Assembly: GCF_009834535.1 (NCBI RefSeq)
Contig: NC_045696.1
Span: 104,348,001 to 104,412,000, forward strand
Length of the DNA: 64,000 nt
Reading direction: 5' to 3'
DNA from: Camelus ferus
Lineage: Eukaryota
A program made the position numbers and the translations under genes. Shown here in pieces: positions 11,519 through 24,129 of this stretch (positions are counted from its first letter, which is position 1; every line of letters starts with the position of its first letter). The notes beneath the pieces are model-generated. The model saw only the letters and a list, made by a program, of their open reading frames with translations, did not search any database and was not told the origin of the DNA.

Positions 11519-13682
11519 TTTTTTAAACATTTTTTTATTGAGTTATAGTCATTTTACAATGTTGTGTCAAATTCCAGTGTAGAGCACAATTTTTCAATTA
11601 TACATGAACATACATATGTTCATTGTCACATTTTTTTCACTGTAAGCTACCACAAGATCTTGTATATATTTCCCTGTGCTATACAGTATAATCTTGTTTA
11701 TCTATTCTGCATATGCCTGTCAGTATCTACAAATTTTGAAATCCCAGTCTGTTCCTTCCCACCCCCTGCCCCCTTGGCAACCACAAGTTTGTATTCTAGG
11801 TCTTATGAGTCTGTTTCTGTTTTGTATTTATGTTCTTTTTTTTTTTCGATTCCACATATGAGCAATCTCATATGGTATTTTTCTTTCTCTTTCTGGCTTA
11901 CTTTACTTAGAATGACATTCTCCAGGGACGTCCATGTTGCTGCAAATGGCATTATGTTGTCGGTTTTTATGGCTGAATAGTATTCCACTGTATAAATATA
12001 CCACCTCTTCTTTATCCAGTCATCTCTTGATGGACATTTAGGCTGTTTCCATGTCTTGGCTATTGTAAATAGTGCTGCTATGAACACTGTGCAGGTGTCT
12101 TTTTGAAGTAGGATTCCTTCTGGATATATACCCACGAGCAGGATTCCTGGGTCATATGGTAAGTCTATTCCTAGTCTTTTGAGGAATCTCCATACTGTTT
12201 TCCACAGTGGCTGCACCAAACTGCCTTCCCACCAGCAGTGTAGGAGGGTTCCCTTTTCTCCACAGCCTGTCTAGCATTTGTCATTTGTGGACTTTTGAAT
12301 GATGACCATTCTGACTGTGTGAGGTGATGCATCATTGTAGTTTTGATTTGCATTTCTCTGATAATTAGTGATATTGAGCATTTTTTCATGTGCCTATTGA
12401 TCATTTGTACTTCTTCCTTGGAGGATTGCTTGTTTAGGTCTTCTGCACATTTTTGGATTAGGTTGTTTGTTTTTTTTTCTTATTAAGTTGTATAAGCTGC
12501 TTATATATTCTGGAGATCAAGCCTTTGTTGGTTTCATCATTTGCAAAAATTTTCTCCCATTCCGTAGGTTGTCTTTTTGTTTTACTTAAGGTTTCCTTTG
12601 CTGTGCAGAAGCTTGCAGGTTTAATTAGATCCCATTTATTTATTCTTGCTTTTATTTCTATTGGTTGGGTAGACTGCCCTAGGAGAACATTTTTGAGATG
12701 TATGTCAGATAATGTTTTGCCTATATTTTCTTCTAGGAGGTTTATTGTATCTTGTCTTATGTTTAAGTCTTTGATCCATTTTGAGTTTATTTTTGTGTAT
12801 GGTGTAAGGGAGTGTTCTAGCTTCATTGATTTACATGCTGCTGTCCAGTTTTCCCAACACCATTTGCTGAAGAGACTGTCTTTATTCCATTGTATATTCT
12901 TGCCTCCTTTGTCAAAGATTAGTTGACCAAAAGTTTGTGGGTTCATTTCTGGACTCTCTATTCTGTTCCATTGGTCCATGTGTCTGTTTTTGTACCAATA
13001 CCATGCTGTCTTGATTACTATAGTTCTATAGTATTGTCTGAAGTCTGGGAGAGTTATTCCTCCAGCCTCTTTCTTTTTCTTCGGTAATGTTTTGGCAATT
13101 CTAGGTCTTTTGTGGTTCCATATAAATTTTATTATGATTTCTTCTAGTTCTGGGAAATATGTCCTGGGTAATTGGATAGGGATTGCATTAAATCTGTAGA
13201 TTTCCTTGGCCAGTGTGACCATTTTGACAATATTGATTCTTCCAATCCAAGAGCATGGGATATCTTTCCATTTTTTAAAGTCTTCTTTAATTTCCTTAAT
13301 CAGTGTTTTATAGTTCTCCATGTGTAAGTCTTTCACCTCCTTGGTTAGATTTATTCCTAGGTATTTTATTACTTTGGTTGCTATTTTAAAGGGGATTGTT
13401 TCTTTACTTTCTTTTCCTGTTGATTCATCGTTAGTGTAAAGAAATGCAACTGATTTTTGTATGTTTATCTTGTAACCTGCTACCTAGCTGAATTCTTCGA
13501 TTATTTCCAGTAGTTTTTGTGTGGACCTTTTGGGGTTTTCTATATATAGTATCATGTCATCTGCATATAGTGACACTTTTATCTCTTCTTTTCCAATTTG
13601 GATCCCTTTTATTTCTCTTTTGCCTGACTGCTGTGGCTAGGACTTCCAAGACTATGTTGGATAGGAGTAGTGATAGTGGGCA
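11519..13682 (-). mobile_element. Young 5'-truncated LINE-1 (about 2.16 kb; ORF2 C-terminal part and 3' UTR)
   Basis: Clear L1 ORF2p translations in ORFs 12458-13336, 12171-12404 and 11803-12219, followed by the 3' UTR and a poly-A remnant at 11519-11540. Confidence 0.95.
11803..13682 (-). pseudogene. L1 ORF2p C-terminal remnant (frameshifted, no endonuclease, incomplete RT)
   Basis: [47 protein letters not shown] and TWKQPKCP motifs split across three frames. Confidence 0.9.
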
Positions 13683-14184
13683 ACATACGGTCTTGATTGG
13701 AGAACATCCCATGTGAGTTCTTCACATGTCTTGTGAATATTGATTAGTCCAAGGCACTTTATAATATTCTTATTATCTGCATTTTTAGTGATTTTTTGGA
13801 CTATTTCTTCTATAAATTACTCAGAGAGCTGTGTTAAAAATCCCCAACTATGATTATGTTTTAATCTATTTATTTCTTTAGTTCTGTCAGATTTTGCCTT
13901 ATTTTTGAAGCTCAAATGTTAGGTACATACACATATATGATGGCTATTAGTTCCTAATTAATTGATTCTTTTATCATAATGATAGCCCTCTTTATTTCTA
14001 TAATAGGTATTTTTAAATACATGATTCTGTCTTACATGAATTAACCACCATTTTTTTTTATGTTCAGTATTTGGTGGAGTGTCTTTTTGCTTTTAACTTA
14101 TTTTTCCCTTATGTTTAAAGTACATCTCATGTTAACAGCATATAGTTGGTTCTTGCTTTTTTATTCAATCTGACAACCATTGAC

Positions 14185-14357
14185 TTTTTAAAAGTTGAAG
14201 TATAGTTGATGTATAATGTTATGTAAGTTACAGGTGTACAATATAGTGGTTCACAATTTTTAAAGGTCACACTCCATTTATAGTTATTACAAAATATTGG
14301 CTATATTCCTTAGTATATATTATACAGTATATCCTTGTAGCTAATAGTTTGTACCTC
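14185..14357 (-). mobile_element. L1 3' UTR fragment (artiodactyl-type)
   Basis: ttgaagtatagttgatgtataatgttatgtaagttacaggtgtacaatatagt...tacaaaatattggctatattcc. Confidence 0.75.
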
Positions 14358-14599
14358 ACACCACAGAGTACCAAGAGTTACAACTGATGTATCCTCTGCT
14401 CATGTAGTACATGGATGGATGCTGTAGGACCCAGACAAGGGGCACCTCCCCAATCTAGTCTTTCTGAGGAGGTGACACAGGCAACATATAGCCTACATAG
14501 AAGATAGCCAGGCAAGTGGCAAGGAATATATGGGCACTCAAGACAAAGAGAATACAGTGATCCCAGGCACGGGGATGGGTATTTATATGTCACAAAGAA

Positions 14600-14730
14600 G
14601 GTAGTTGAGTTTCAAAGGAGTGAAATAATAAGCCCAAGGTAACAGACAGTAGGTAGTAGAATCAAGATTTGAATCCAGGTCTTTCAGACTCCAAAGTCTG
14701 TTCTCCGCCCACTCCACTGTACCACTTACC
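14600..14730 (-). mobile_element. MIR fragment
   Basis: gcccaaggtaacagacagtaggtagtagaatcaagatttgaatccaggtc...gactccaaagtctg. Confidence 0.65.
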
Positions 14731-15272
14731 CAAATACCATTTTCCCCTCAGTGATGTCCCGTTTCCTCATCCTCTTCATGATTTATGTGCCTGGTTATCC
14801 CACTTTCTTCTCTAGTGACAAAGCTTTTTGGTTCACACAGGAGCAAATGACTGACAGCAGTTTAAAGTCTGAGCTATTTTCTCTTCAAAGAGATCTGTAT
14901 TTTAATGGGATTAGAGTCAGAAGCTAAAAGAATACAAGTCCAGCAGTGGGATTCCATTCCTTGTTTAGAGAAAGGAGTTTGGGGTCACGTAGGGGTCTTG
15001 TCAAAGCCTGAGAAGTTTCACCACTTGAAATGAGCTGAAGACTAACCTCACTCTTGGCATCATTATTTTCTCTGGTTTTCTATTCTTGGTGTTCCTTGGC
15101 TTACAGTAAATCCTGGCTCCTTTGTCCAACCCATCTCTTCTGTGACTGAAGCCACAGAAGAGCCCTGGACCTCTGGGGGGAAGGTGGGCTTCAGTGGGTG
15201 AGAACAACACTTTACTCAGTTTACAATTTTGTAAAGCTGAACCTGCTAGTTTGTTTCTTCATTTCCAGGTCT

Positions 15273-15903
15273 TGTGAGAACTCCTTTTTCTTCAAGTCCT
15301 GGGCCTTCCCAGTCTGAAAGTGAGGTGGGAAGCCCCATAAAAAGACCAGCAGGACCCCCAAGCAGGGCCACTCCTCTCCTGCCAGCACTATCTGGTTCCC
15401 TGGCCCAGAGGCTCTATCTCACTTTTTGCCTCTATCTCACTCTTTGCCTCTGAAACGGCTTACTTACCCCTAAAATTCTATTGGTTCCCTGAGCTCATTT
15501 CTGATTCATTATTTCCTTCACTCCTGATTGGTTATTACTCTCACTTCTGATTGGTCCATTTGTAGTACTTCATTTGCATGGAGCTCACTCCTGATTGGTT
15601 ATCTCTCTCACTCCTGATGGGTCTATTTCTACAAACCTTGTTCCTGGTTGGTCAACTTTTGTTATACTTTACTTACATATGATGTTGCATTGTATAAACT
15701 GGCAGCCTATAAAGGTCTATGTAAACCCACAGACGGTGTCCAGAGCTTGGAGTGTTAACTCCTCTGGGCCCGCTGGCATAGTAAACCTGAGTTCTCCAAT
15801 TCTCCGAGTGCTGTTTGGTCTCTCGCCCGGTTCCAGGTTGTTGTCACAACTGAGCTGAAACACCGAGCTATAACACCGAGCTGTAACACATTTTTCCGCA
15901 ACA
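15273..15903 (+). mobile_element. ERV1-like solo LTR with CCAAT-box array
   Basis: Plausible TG...CA ends. U3 has repeated tcactcctgattgg units, ATTTGCAT at 15572 and TATAAA at 15708. A poly(A)-signal variant AGTAAA lies at 15780 and 13-bp repeats in U5. No TSD resolved, so the ends are uncertain. Confidence 0.75.
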
Positions 15904-16944
15904 AAAGTAGTTTTGAGTTGCCAAGGATGCTTAACTTATCGGTGTCAGGAGGAAGCCAGCGTCTTCGTGCCGTGGACCTCAAGCTCTGCATGAGTCTCTT
16001 TCATAAATTCGTGCTGCCTTTTCCAGCCCACACCCTCACATCCTTTTGAGGTGAGAGGCACTCTGAGGTCCTGAATCTGATCGTTCCCTTCTTCTGCAAT
16101 GTGGAGGTGCATTTTTTTTTATGTTTGTAATCATTTAACAGATGTTCTAAACATACCTTTCACTGGGTTCCATGTGCATTTCAGGATGATGGAAGCTGAG
16201 GAGTCACCCACCAGGCAACTACGTGATTACTTGCAGTTTCCAGAAACCTGGGTACCAACCAGGAAGACTCCATAGGGAGCAATATGATCACTTAGCTAAA
16301 GAGGTTCTTTGCGAGTCTTACTCTCCTCCTAAGGACCTTCTCCAGGGTATGGATGCTCAGGTTGGGAGAAGGGAGTAGGGAGGTCCCATCGTACCTGTGC
16401 AGAGAGGCGTGCTGAGAACCCCACACTTCAGATGTAGTTTTGATGACGTGCAGGCCCAGGCCTACTAAAGACCTTCCTTTAGGTTTTGTCTATTCTCTGT
16501 TTCAGGAAGACAAGTGGCCTTGTCAAGAATCTAGTCAATGAGTGCCTTCTTGCTCACAGGCATTTTATTTTGTGGCTCAGCCTTTCATGAGCTCTGCTCC
16601 TTCGACATTGATAGGCAGTTGCATATTTACACTGGAGATTCCAAATTCCAGTGATTGTTGTTTTGAAACCCAGGGATTTCCTGACACTTGACATGAATTA
16701 TTCTTGACTTTCCTTCTGTGCCCATTCATTCTGTCAGTCTAGCAGACACCACTCACACAACCTTGGGAAGTTAGGGTGTGGCTAGGATGTGCTAAGCTAC
16801 CTTAGGAAATGTAGAAATACAGGTTCTTTGTTACGTCACTCAGTTTACACTTTTACCTTCACTGAATGTATTTTTCAGACTTTAAAGTAGGGTACATGGT
16901 GGGGTACTCAGGATTTTTTGTTTGGTTTGGTTTTGAAATAAAAG

Positions 16945-17465
16945 AATGCCTAGTCATAACCTGCTTAATCAGAAAAAAGAAAAAGGAAACTTTGTCTCAT
17001 TTAACTGAACCAACCAGAGTTATAGATGGTTTCAGGCACAGCTGGATTTAAAGATTCAAACAGTGTTGTGTAAGATTCAGTTTCTCGCATCTCAGCTCTG
17101 CCTTTCTGTCTTGGCTGTAGTCTCAGGTAACATGATGGTGGCAATAACTCTCAAACTCTTTCCTCCTTACAGTTTAAATCCAGAAATGGAGACACTTGTC
17201 TCTCTCCCAGAAGCTCCAGGAGCATCTTGTATCTTACTGGGTCTGGGTGGGTCAAGCCAGTTGCTGTGGCCGGAGGAACACAGCGTACTGACCGGGTTAG
17301 CCTAAACTTATGTGTGTTCACCCCTGAGCTGGGCGTGGGCTGTACCTACTCAGAGCACGTGGACTGGGTGTGGGAAGGGGTGGTTCCCCAGAGAAAGACG
17401 GAGATGGGTTACCAGCACGATGGGAAACGGATAGTAGGGGGCAAAAGCTACAGATATTCACCACA
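16945..17465 (-). mobile_element. MLT1J/K-type MaLR LTR
   Basis: tgcttaatcagaaaaa..ctcatttaactgaa..tttcaggcacagctggatt..tctcagctctgcctt..ggtggttccccagagaaag. Confidence 0.65.
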
Positions 17466-18989
17466 CCTGATCTGAGCAAGAATTTTTGACCTTCCAGGCA
17501 AAACCAGATTAGAAGTATGATGCCAGTGTATGGTCATTTCTGGAACATATTTTTTTGTGTAATGACAAGCCTGTCCCAGCATATCAGTGACTTGTGGTCA
17601 CTGAACTGTTATCTTAATCCTTCTGGTCTTGATAATTATTTGGTAATACCTCCCAGGGGAGACCAACAGAGAGAAAACAGCGTCTCACCCAGTCTAGATA
17701 TTGTTGGCAATTTTAAGAAAGATTGTTTTGAAAACCTATTTATTATGTGTGCTGAGACCCTATAAATTGCTTTCAACATTTTCCAGAGATGTGTGAAGTG
17801 CTCTGAAGGCTGCCAACAAAATGTCAAGTTAGCCCACTGACAGAGAAGGGAAGAGAAGTCTTTGGAAAAGGCATTACTCTTTCCCATTAGCTTTCATTCC
17901 GTCTGAATCTGAGCGGCTGACCTGAGGAAGGAGGTAGGAGAGAATAAAGGGATGAAATGCTGAGTAAGCCCTTTACTAATGGTTTCAGTGGGAGAGATGC
18001 CACCTTCATCACTGTGATTCTAAGGGAAACACGCATAGCTTCAAAGATACTTGTGTGTCTCTGCTTGCAGAGCAGAACTTTATAGTGTGGTAAAGAGACT
18101 GCAGCACAAATTTTTGGGGGCATCTTTTATTAACAAACCAAGCTAACCAACTGATTCCCCCAACGCTCATCAGATTTCCAAGAAGACAAGCAAAATTATT
18201 AATCATGAAATATTAATTATTACCATTGCGCATATTTTAGAGGGAACACAGGACAGCAAACTTGTCCCAGGACAGTGATCTGATAGTGTTGAGGAGAGAG
18301 AAACGTGCTGCATATACCAGAAAACAGGGCAGTGGGAGGAATGGATATGGGTGGGTAGAAGCCATTCAGTTTGGGAGCTTCTCTGAGAAACTTCCATTCC
18401 AGGAGAGGAAGGGTCTCAGTAGAGGGAGGGTCTCTGGTAGAGGGAGGCTAGAGGAAGTATTTGGGCAAACTCATTACAGGTGAAACTCAGGTGAGGGAAG
18501 TCATTACAACAGCGCCAGGAGTGGCAACGGAGGACACACAACTAACTCCCTCACTTCTTCAGGGGATGGAGAAGCTCAGGATGGGCCTCTTCTGTTGTCA
18601 GTGTGGAGAGGCTTCCTTTGTGAGTTCAGTGGAATCAAAATGAGAGGAGTTTGTGGTGGCACTGGATTTTAAGCTATTTTAGGAATGTGCAAATGGTTCA
18701 TGATGCTGGGTATAATTATGAACATCAGCAAAGTAACACCTCTGAAGAGACAGGATTGACAGTGCAACAGATCACCTGAACTGTGTAGTTTGACAGTTTG
18801 TAGCTTTGGATCTAATCAAGGACACGGCTGCTTTTTTTCCTAATCTGTGGAAGGGCTCCATGGAAGCACCTGGGATCCCATGTCTGTCCCTTACTAGTCT
18901 GTCTCAGGGGCTTAAATTTCATTTAAAACTGAAACTTTTTTATTTTTTGTCTGTAAGATGCAGGTTCCTGGGCTTTGTTGATCATATGC

Positions 18990-19925
18990 TTCAACTCAAG
19001 GCATGCTATTGTTTCTTGTTTGGTGCATGGACCCTCTTTCATTTATTTTATTTCTGTTTTTCTCTTTTATCCCACAAGTCCACTTTGAGAATATTTTATA
19101 TGCATCCATTCAATCCCCCTTCCATGTGTTTATTCAGATAAATCTCTTCTTAAAAAATGAATAGTGTGGTGTGTTTTAATTTATGTCAGTGGCTCTGTGC
19201 TATAGATCTCACTTTGTGGTTTACTTTTTCTAGTCAATATGTTTCATAGATTTATTCATATTGCTGTGTTAAAATCAAATCTATTACTTCCTCCTTCTGC
19301 ATAGCATTTTATCATAGGTAGGTTCCACCATTATTTATCCAGAGGGACAGTTAGGTTGCTTTCTTCTCTTTGCTGTCACAAATAAATGAGTGGTAAACAT
19401 ATTTGCATATTTCTCCTTATATGTGGATTCGTGTAAGAGCTTCTTCCAGAAAAGCATCAAGGTATGGGGCTGCTGCTTGTCACTCAGACCTGCCAGATTG
19501 CCCTCAAACATAGTAGCACCAGCTACTCCTCCCAGACAGGCACTAGATAGTAATGGCTTAATTTTTGTCAATAATTGGGTGTTTTTTGGGGGGAAGGGAA
19601 TGTAGGTTTATTTATTTCTTTTAATGGAGGTACTGGGGATTGAACCCAGGACCTAATGCATGCTAAGCATGTGCTCTACCACTGAGCTACACCCTCCCCC
19701 CTCAATAACTGGGTGTTTTATCGTGGCATCAACTCTTGTGTTCCACTGAGAGGGAAGCAACCAGAACTTGTAGTTGTTGAGATCACTGGGTAAGACGTGG
19801 TGTTTTCTTATTTTAAAGTGTAATTCTCTGGTTACCAGTGAGATTGAGAATTTCTTCTCTTCAGCAGTTTGGGGTTCCCTTCTTGTGATTTTACCTATAT
19901 CGTTTGTCTGTATTTTTTAGGTTTC
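18990..19925 (-). mobile_element. Ancient L1ME 3' fragment, host to a SINE
   Basis: gatttattcatattgctgtgt..ttatttatcca..ttaggttgcttt..tgccagattgccctcaaa, antisense L1 3' motifs. Confidence 0.65.
19586..19701 (-). mobile_element. tRNA-Ala-derived SINE (vic-1-like)
   Basis: atggaggtactggggattgaacccaggacc..atgctaagcatgtgctctaccactgagctacaccctcccc. TSD tcaataattgggtgtttt (19568-19585) / tcaataactgggtgtttt (19702-19719). Confidence 0.92.
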
Positions 19926-20069
19926 TTACTGTTTTATTGCTCTATCATATGATAGAGAAAATAAGGGAGAGGGTATGCGTAAACCACCATTTGTTTAACA
20001 ATTGTCGTATTGACGTATGGTCATTTCCAGTTTAGGATAAAGCAGCAGGCTGGTTTGTTATTTTAAATC

Positions 20070-20726
20070 TCTCAATATAATTTACCATAGTAACAAACAC
20101 AAAAAAATTATTCATCATAATAGGTACAGAAAAAAACATTTGACAAAATTACAACACATGATAAAAACATTTAGAAAACTGGGAATAAATGGAATTTTCT
20201 AAACATGATAGAGAACTTAATGAAAAAAAACTAACATCATACTCAGTGGTGAGAGATTGAATGGTTTCCCCCCTAAGTTTGGGAAACAAAGGAAGCATGA
20301 CCACTCTTACCATGTCTTTTTAACGTACTAGAAGTCAGAGCCAGTACAATAAGGCAGAAAGAGAAATAAGAAGCACACAGACTGGGAAAGAAGTAAAACT
20401 GTCTTTATTCACAGATAAACATAATTCTCTCCATAGAAAATGTTAAGAAATCTATTTTTAAAAACTATTAAACTACTAAGTGATTTTATAGGCTTACAGG
20501 ACACAAGGTCAACATACAAGAATAAATTGCATTTCTATGTATTAGCAACAAAAGTATCAGAAGTGAAGTAAAAAATGCTATTTAAAATAGCATTAAAAAC
20601 AAAATTATTTAGGGAAAATAAGAAATAGCGAGGGGAAAATTAAAAAAAAAACAAAATCTGTGTATACTGAATATATTTTCAGCTATGCTGAAAAATTATT
20701 GCTGGGAAAACATTTGGAAGACTTAA
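20070..20726 (+). mobile_element. Ancient L1 ORF2 (RT region) fragment
   Basis: gaaaaaaacatttgacaaaatt (EKAFDKI-like), ctaacatcatactcagtggtgaga, and ctgtctttattcacagataaacat (LSLFADD-like). Confidence 0.8.
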
Positions 20727-22622
20727 GAGACTTCTAGTTTCTGGTTCTGCATGTAAGGAGCTTAGAAGTCACCATTCCATCCTAACAACAAGCAAAAAGG
20801 TGAACAGACTGAAAAACCAACCACTCTTCTTGAATCAGTAAGAGAGGAAAGGAGTCAAAGCAAACTGCTGCCCCCAAGATTGAAGAGATAGGGGGATGCA
20901 GGGCATCATGCCTCACTGGAGCAGAGACCCACGAGCAGAAGCTGCCAAGGAAACCAGTGCTGAGCTAGGAAGATTCCAACTGTAACTGACTAATTGCTGG
21001 AGGCTCAGTGTGGACAAGTCTGTGAGTTAGAAACTCTAGAAGAACCGAGTCGTAGGGGGAACCTCGAAATATTGTGAGATTTACTTCCAGGAGCTTGACC
21101 AGCTTCCCACAGTAACTATCAGAGAAAATTTCCTTGTGTTTCCTGGAGGAGGAGGGGAAAGAAAACTATTCTGAAATCTGCCAGAGCGTTCTGTTCTTCT
21201 TAACAAGGCTTGCACTCAGGGGAAAGTATTTAACCAGAGCTTAAGCTGCTGGGGTGTTTTCAGAGTTTTACTGACTTGGGGGAAGAAATCACAAAGTCAG
21301 GCTAGTTCTAGCCCATCCTGTCCCACGTAAGTGGGGAGAAAAAAGCTGAGAAACTCTTTTGATGTTCACAGTCCAGAGATACAGCCTCCCTAAAAGACTG
21401 AGACCTAATTATGGGACCACAAAACACTTCCCCTTCCCCCACACCTTCACACCACATCACTAAACGCCTGTTTACTAGAGTTCCTTCTACCCAGTAAATC
21501 ATGTCCTGTTATCAGGAAAAAGAATCACAAGGCATACAAAAAGGACAAAAAACACAATTTGAAGAGAAAGAGCCAGCCTCAGAACCAGGCATGGCAGGGA
21601 TGTTGGAATGATCAGACTGGGAATTTAAAACAACTATGACCAATGTACTAAGGGCTCTAATGGATAAAGTAGATAGCATTAAAGAACAATGGGCCATGTA
21701 TGCAGAGACGGAAATCCTAAGAAAGAGCCAAAAATAAATGCCAGAGATTAAAACCACTGCAACAAAATGTAGGATGCCTTTGACAGGCTTATTAGTAGAC
21801 TGGACACGACCGAGGAAAGAATCTCTGAGCTAGAGGATATGTCAATAGAATCCCTGAAAACTGAAAAGCAAAGAGAAGAAAACCTGGAAAAGACAGAACA
21901 GAATATCCAAGGACTCCGGGACAACTACAAAAGGTGTAGCATATGTGTAGTGGGAATACTTGAAAGAGAAGAGAAGAGGGAACATAAAGAGATATTTGAA
22001 ACAATAATGACCAGAATTTCCCCAGATTCATGTCAGACACCAAACCATAGATCCAGAAAGCTCAGAGAACAAAATTACACGTCGACATACCATTTTCAAA
22101 CTATCCCCCCCCCAAAAAAAATCATGAAAAATATCCTGAAAGAAGCCAGAGGGAGGAAAAAAATGTTACCTATAGAGGAACATAGACAAGGAATTACATC
22201 TAACTTCTCAGAAGCCATGAAAGAAATAAGAGAGTGGAGAGAAATATTTAAAGTATTGAGAAAAAACCCACCAAACTAGAATTTTGTACCCTGTGAAATT
22301 ATCCTTCAAAAATGAAGAAGAAATTAAGCCTTTCTCAGACAAATAAAAATTAGTAGAATTTGTAGCCAGTAGTAGACCTACCTTGCAAGAAATGTTAAAA
22401 GAAGTTCTTAGAGAGAATACACATAATATAGATCAGTAGCTTGGGTCTACATAAAGTAAGGAGGAGTGTTGAAGAAGGAATATATGAAGGTAAAATAAAA
22501 ACTTTTATTTTTCTTATTCTTAATATAATAGGTAACAGTTTATGTGAAGTAATACCAACAATATATTTGATTATATATGTTTATGTATGTATCTTATGTG
22601 TATATATATGCTTACATATGCT
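20727..22622 (+). mobile_element. L1M-type 5' UTR + ORF1 + inter-ORF segment
   Basis: 5' end gagacttctagtttctggttctgcatgtaaggagcttagaagtcacc resembles L1MC/MD 5' ends. ORF 21839-22279 is L1 ORF1p-like. Confidence 0.8.
21560..22410 (+). pseudogene. L1 ORF1p remnant
   Basis: EQNIQGLRDNYKRCSICVVGILE..EIFETIM, ILKEAR and REWREIFKVL, then ILYPVKLSFKNEEEIKPFSDK in another frame. Confidence 0.8.
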
Positions 22623-22800
22623 TTAAAAAGACATAAGGAATAGTAGATCTGAAGACCCAATATTGTTAAGATATCAGTTCTCCTGAAATTGATCTATAGA
22701 TCCAAAAAATCCCAATTGAAATCCTAGCAGGTGCTTTACAGCTTCTTTGAGAAACCGATTGTACAATTTTTATAGAAATGCAAGGAACCTAGAATAGGTT
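22623..22800 (+). mobile_element. L1 ORF2 fragment, continuation of 20070-20726
   Basis: gaagacccaatattgttaagatatcagttctcctgaaattgatctataga (RLNIVKMSVLPKLIYR-like). Confidence 0.75.
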
Positions 22801-23399
22801 CCTAAATTCCATCTGGTGAAGGCTTAGTGGGCCCAAGAGGAGTTTAAGGAAGTGAAAGGAAAAATAATAATGTTGCTGTGGTGGGGAGAGGACAGGGGTC
22901 AGGCCAGGCCAGCACCTGCTTCTCTGATTTGGGCTTTCCCTCTTTTGATGGACTAACTGATTCAGTCATGACTGGCTGAGCACTTTTCAGAACCCTCTGT
23001 GATCCAGCAGGGCTCCATTGGGGACTCCCATTGGTCCCTCATTTCAAGATTCTCACAGCCTAGGACGAAAGGCAGACATGGGCACAGATAATGATCATAT
23101 TGCATTTGGCAGGTGCTATGATGGAAAGATATATTCAGGGGAGCACAGGGGCTGGGACTCTTGTACCGTAACACGTTTGCCTATTAAATGCGAGTACTAA
23201 CAATAGCAGCCTCCCAAGATCATTGTGAGAAATAAACAAAATACCTAAAAAACCTTTTCAAACCATACATTGTGCATGTGTTATCATGAAGCTGCGTTAT
23301 CATGAAGCTGCGTTCACAGCATGTTTCTGATCTCTACTAGGCCCGGCTGGCTTAAGGCCCATCGTTACCAAATGGAATATGGCTACTATCTGGATAAAC

Positions 23400-23560
23400 T
23401 AATCGTAGTAATAGCTACCAGGTGCTATGCAAACGTTATACAATTTAATCCTCATAAACATCATGCAGGATCTGTACCACTAGCCCCATTTTACCAAGGA
23501 GAAAAGCGAGGTTCCTGAAAGTTATAGACTTGTCAAGTCTCCCAGCCAGTGAGCTTTGAC
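23400..23560 (-). mobile_element. MIR fragment
   Basis: ccaggtgctatgc..atttaatcctcataaac..ccccattttaccaaggagaaaagcgaggttc. Confidence 0.65.
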
Positions 23561-23651
23561 TGGTGCAAAGGGCAGTTAGGAAGGCAGGACACTGTGTCTT
23601 TTTTTCCTCTTAATTAGTCGTATCTTGTCTTGGTTACCCTCGTGTTGTCAT

Positions 23652-24000
23652 CAAAGATCACAAACCCAAATGCCTTCAGGAGCCAGGTAGGTAAGTGATG
23701 TCGAAGAGGGAGACAGCTAGGTGTCAGACTGTTATAAAGGATGGAGTCACGGGGAACACGCCCCATCTAAAGGACCAGCAGCTTCTCAGGTCCAGCCAAG
23801 ATCTGCCAAGCAGAGGGGGCAGCTCCATGGGGCCAGCTCCTGTGATTTCCCAACAGAAGCAGAAATCTGAATTTAAAGGGAATCTTAAAAGTGAACTATC
23901 CTGATTTCTAATTGTTAGTTTGAAAATTAAAAACAATTTTTTTGTGGGCCTAACTAAACATGCTGTGGGTTAGATTTGGCCCCGAGTTTTGCAACATCTG
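23652..24000 (+). mobile_element. MER102-like hAT DNA transposon
   Basis: Start cacaaacccaaatgccttcaggagccaggtagg; end gatttggccccgagttttgcaacatctg. An inverse-oriented relative lies at 50524. Confidence 0.6.
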
Positions 24001-24129
24001 GTCTATATAATTTTCTTTTAATCTAAGATTAAGAACCAAAAAAGGAATTTTGCCATATGCTGTATTCAAAGATCTGGAATAGTGGATTGAATTTTTGAAG
24101 AACATGCTACTTTAAACCATCTTAGCTGG

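Larger units (their letters stand above)
10130..14180 (-). mobile_element. Ancient L1M ORF2 fragments, host to two younger L1 insertions
   Basis: T-rich degenerate antisense L1 (e.g. gacttctagtgcaatgttgaacagagg..atgcttgccttgtt; aaaaccagctcttggttttattgat; aaaatccccaactatgattatg). Confidence 0.75.

Noticed and set aside
11564..12926. + strand ORFs of 138 aa and 133 aa
   Set aside because: They are antisense shadows of L1 sequence.
12458..13336. 292-aa ORF as a host gene or active L1
   Set aside because: It is a fragment of a 5'-truncated, frameshifted L1 ORF2.
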